Of a stretch of 64,000 nucleotides of DNA, positions 63,673-64,000 are shown piece after piece; within the stretch, counting starts at the first letter, position 1, and each line of letters begins with the position of its first letter. Made by a program: the position numbers and the translations under genes. The notes under the pieces were generated by a model. That model was not told where the DNA came from. It saw only the letters and a program-made list of their open reading frames with translations, and made no database searches. Source of the stretch: Octopus bimaculoides (Eukaryota); NCBI RefSeq assembly GCF_001194135.2, contig NC_068984.1, positions 100,222,042-100,286,041 of the forward strand, in the 5' to 3' direction.

Positions 63673-63820
63673 ATAACTTGCTTTCACTTCACTACCGAGC
63701 GCTGCTCTGTGTGCCTTGGGTATGTGCTGTGGTTTGCTGTGATGCTCTTATCACAGCAAACCACAGCACATACCCAAGGCACACAGAGCTGCGCTTGGTA
63801 GTGAAGTGAAAGCACGTTAT
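63673..63820. repeat. Near-perfect 148-nt hairpin (71-bp arms, 6-nt loop GCTCTT)
   Basis: 63673-63743 is the reverse complement of 63750-63820, with three non-Watson-Crick positions (one G-T). Confidence 0.95.
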
Positions 63821-64000
63821 GTTCTGAGTTCGAGGTTGGTAAGATAAATACCAGTCAAACACTGAAGTCAATGTGACCAATAAGCCCTAGTACCCATAAT
63901 TTCAGGCCTTCCACCTATAGTAGAAAGAATTATTATCATTTCTTTTTTAAGGCACTGAGCTGGCAGAATCGTTATTATTATTATTATTGTTATTATTATG

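Overview
AT-rich animal genomic DNA, dense in microsatellites and tRNA-derived SINEs. The repeat families look like those of an Octopus/coleoid cephalopod (inferred from remembered repeat families, not from a search). There are three N-gaps. The only well-supported protein-coding gene is on the minus strand, about 24.9-61.9 kb. I assembled it by hand from GT-AG sites with consistent phases. It has ankyrin repeats followed by a PINIT-like C-terminal domain that aligns by eye with the C-terminal half of vertebrate MPHOSPH8/MPP8, a HUSH complex subunit. The model gives about 686 aa. It has a Ser-rich N-terminal region and no canonical N-terminal chromodomain, although two cryptic exon candidates join into a degenerate chromo/chromoshadow-like string. 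A CpG-richer promoter-like region lies near 61.8-62.0 kb. The rest is SINEs (often in chains), piggyBac-type MITEs and decayed Tc1/mariner, Penelope-like, Helitron and RTE remnants. Notable structures are a ~510 bp foldback carrying a Penelope-type minimal hammerhead ribozyme and a 148-nt near-perfect hairpin. Most ORFs in the supplied track are microsatellite or repeat artefacts.
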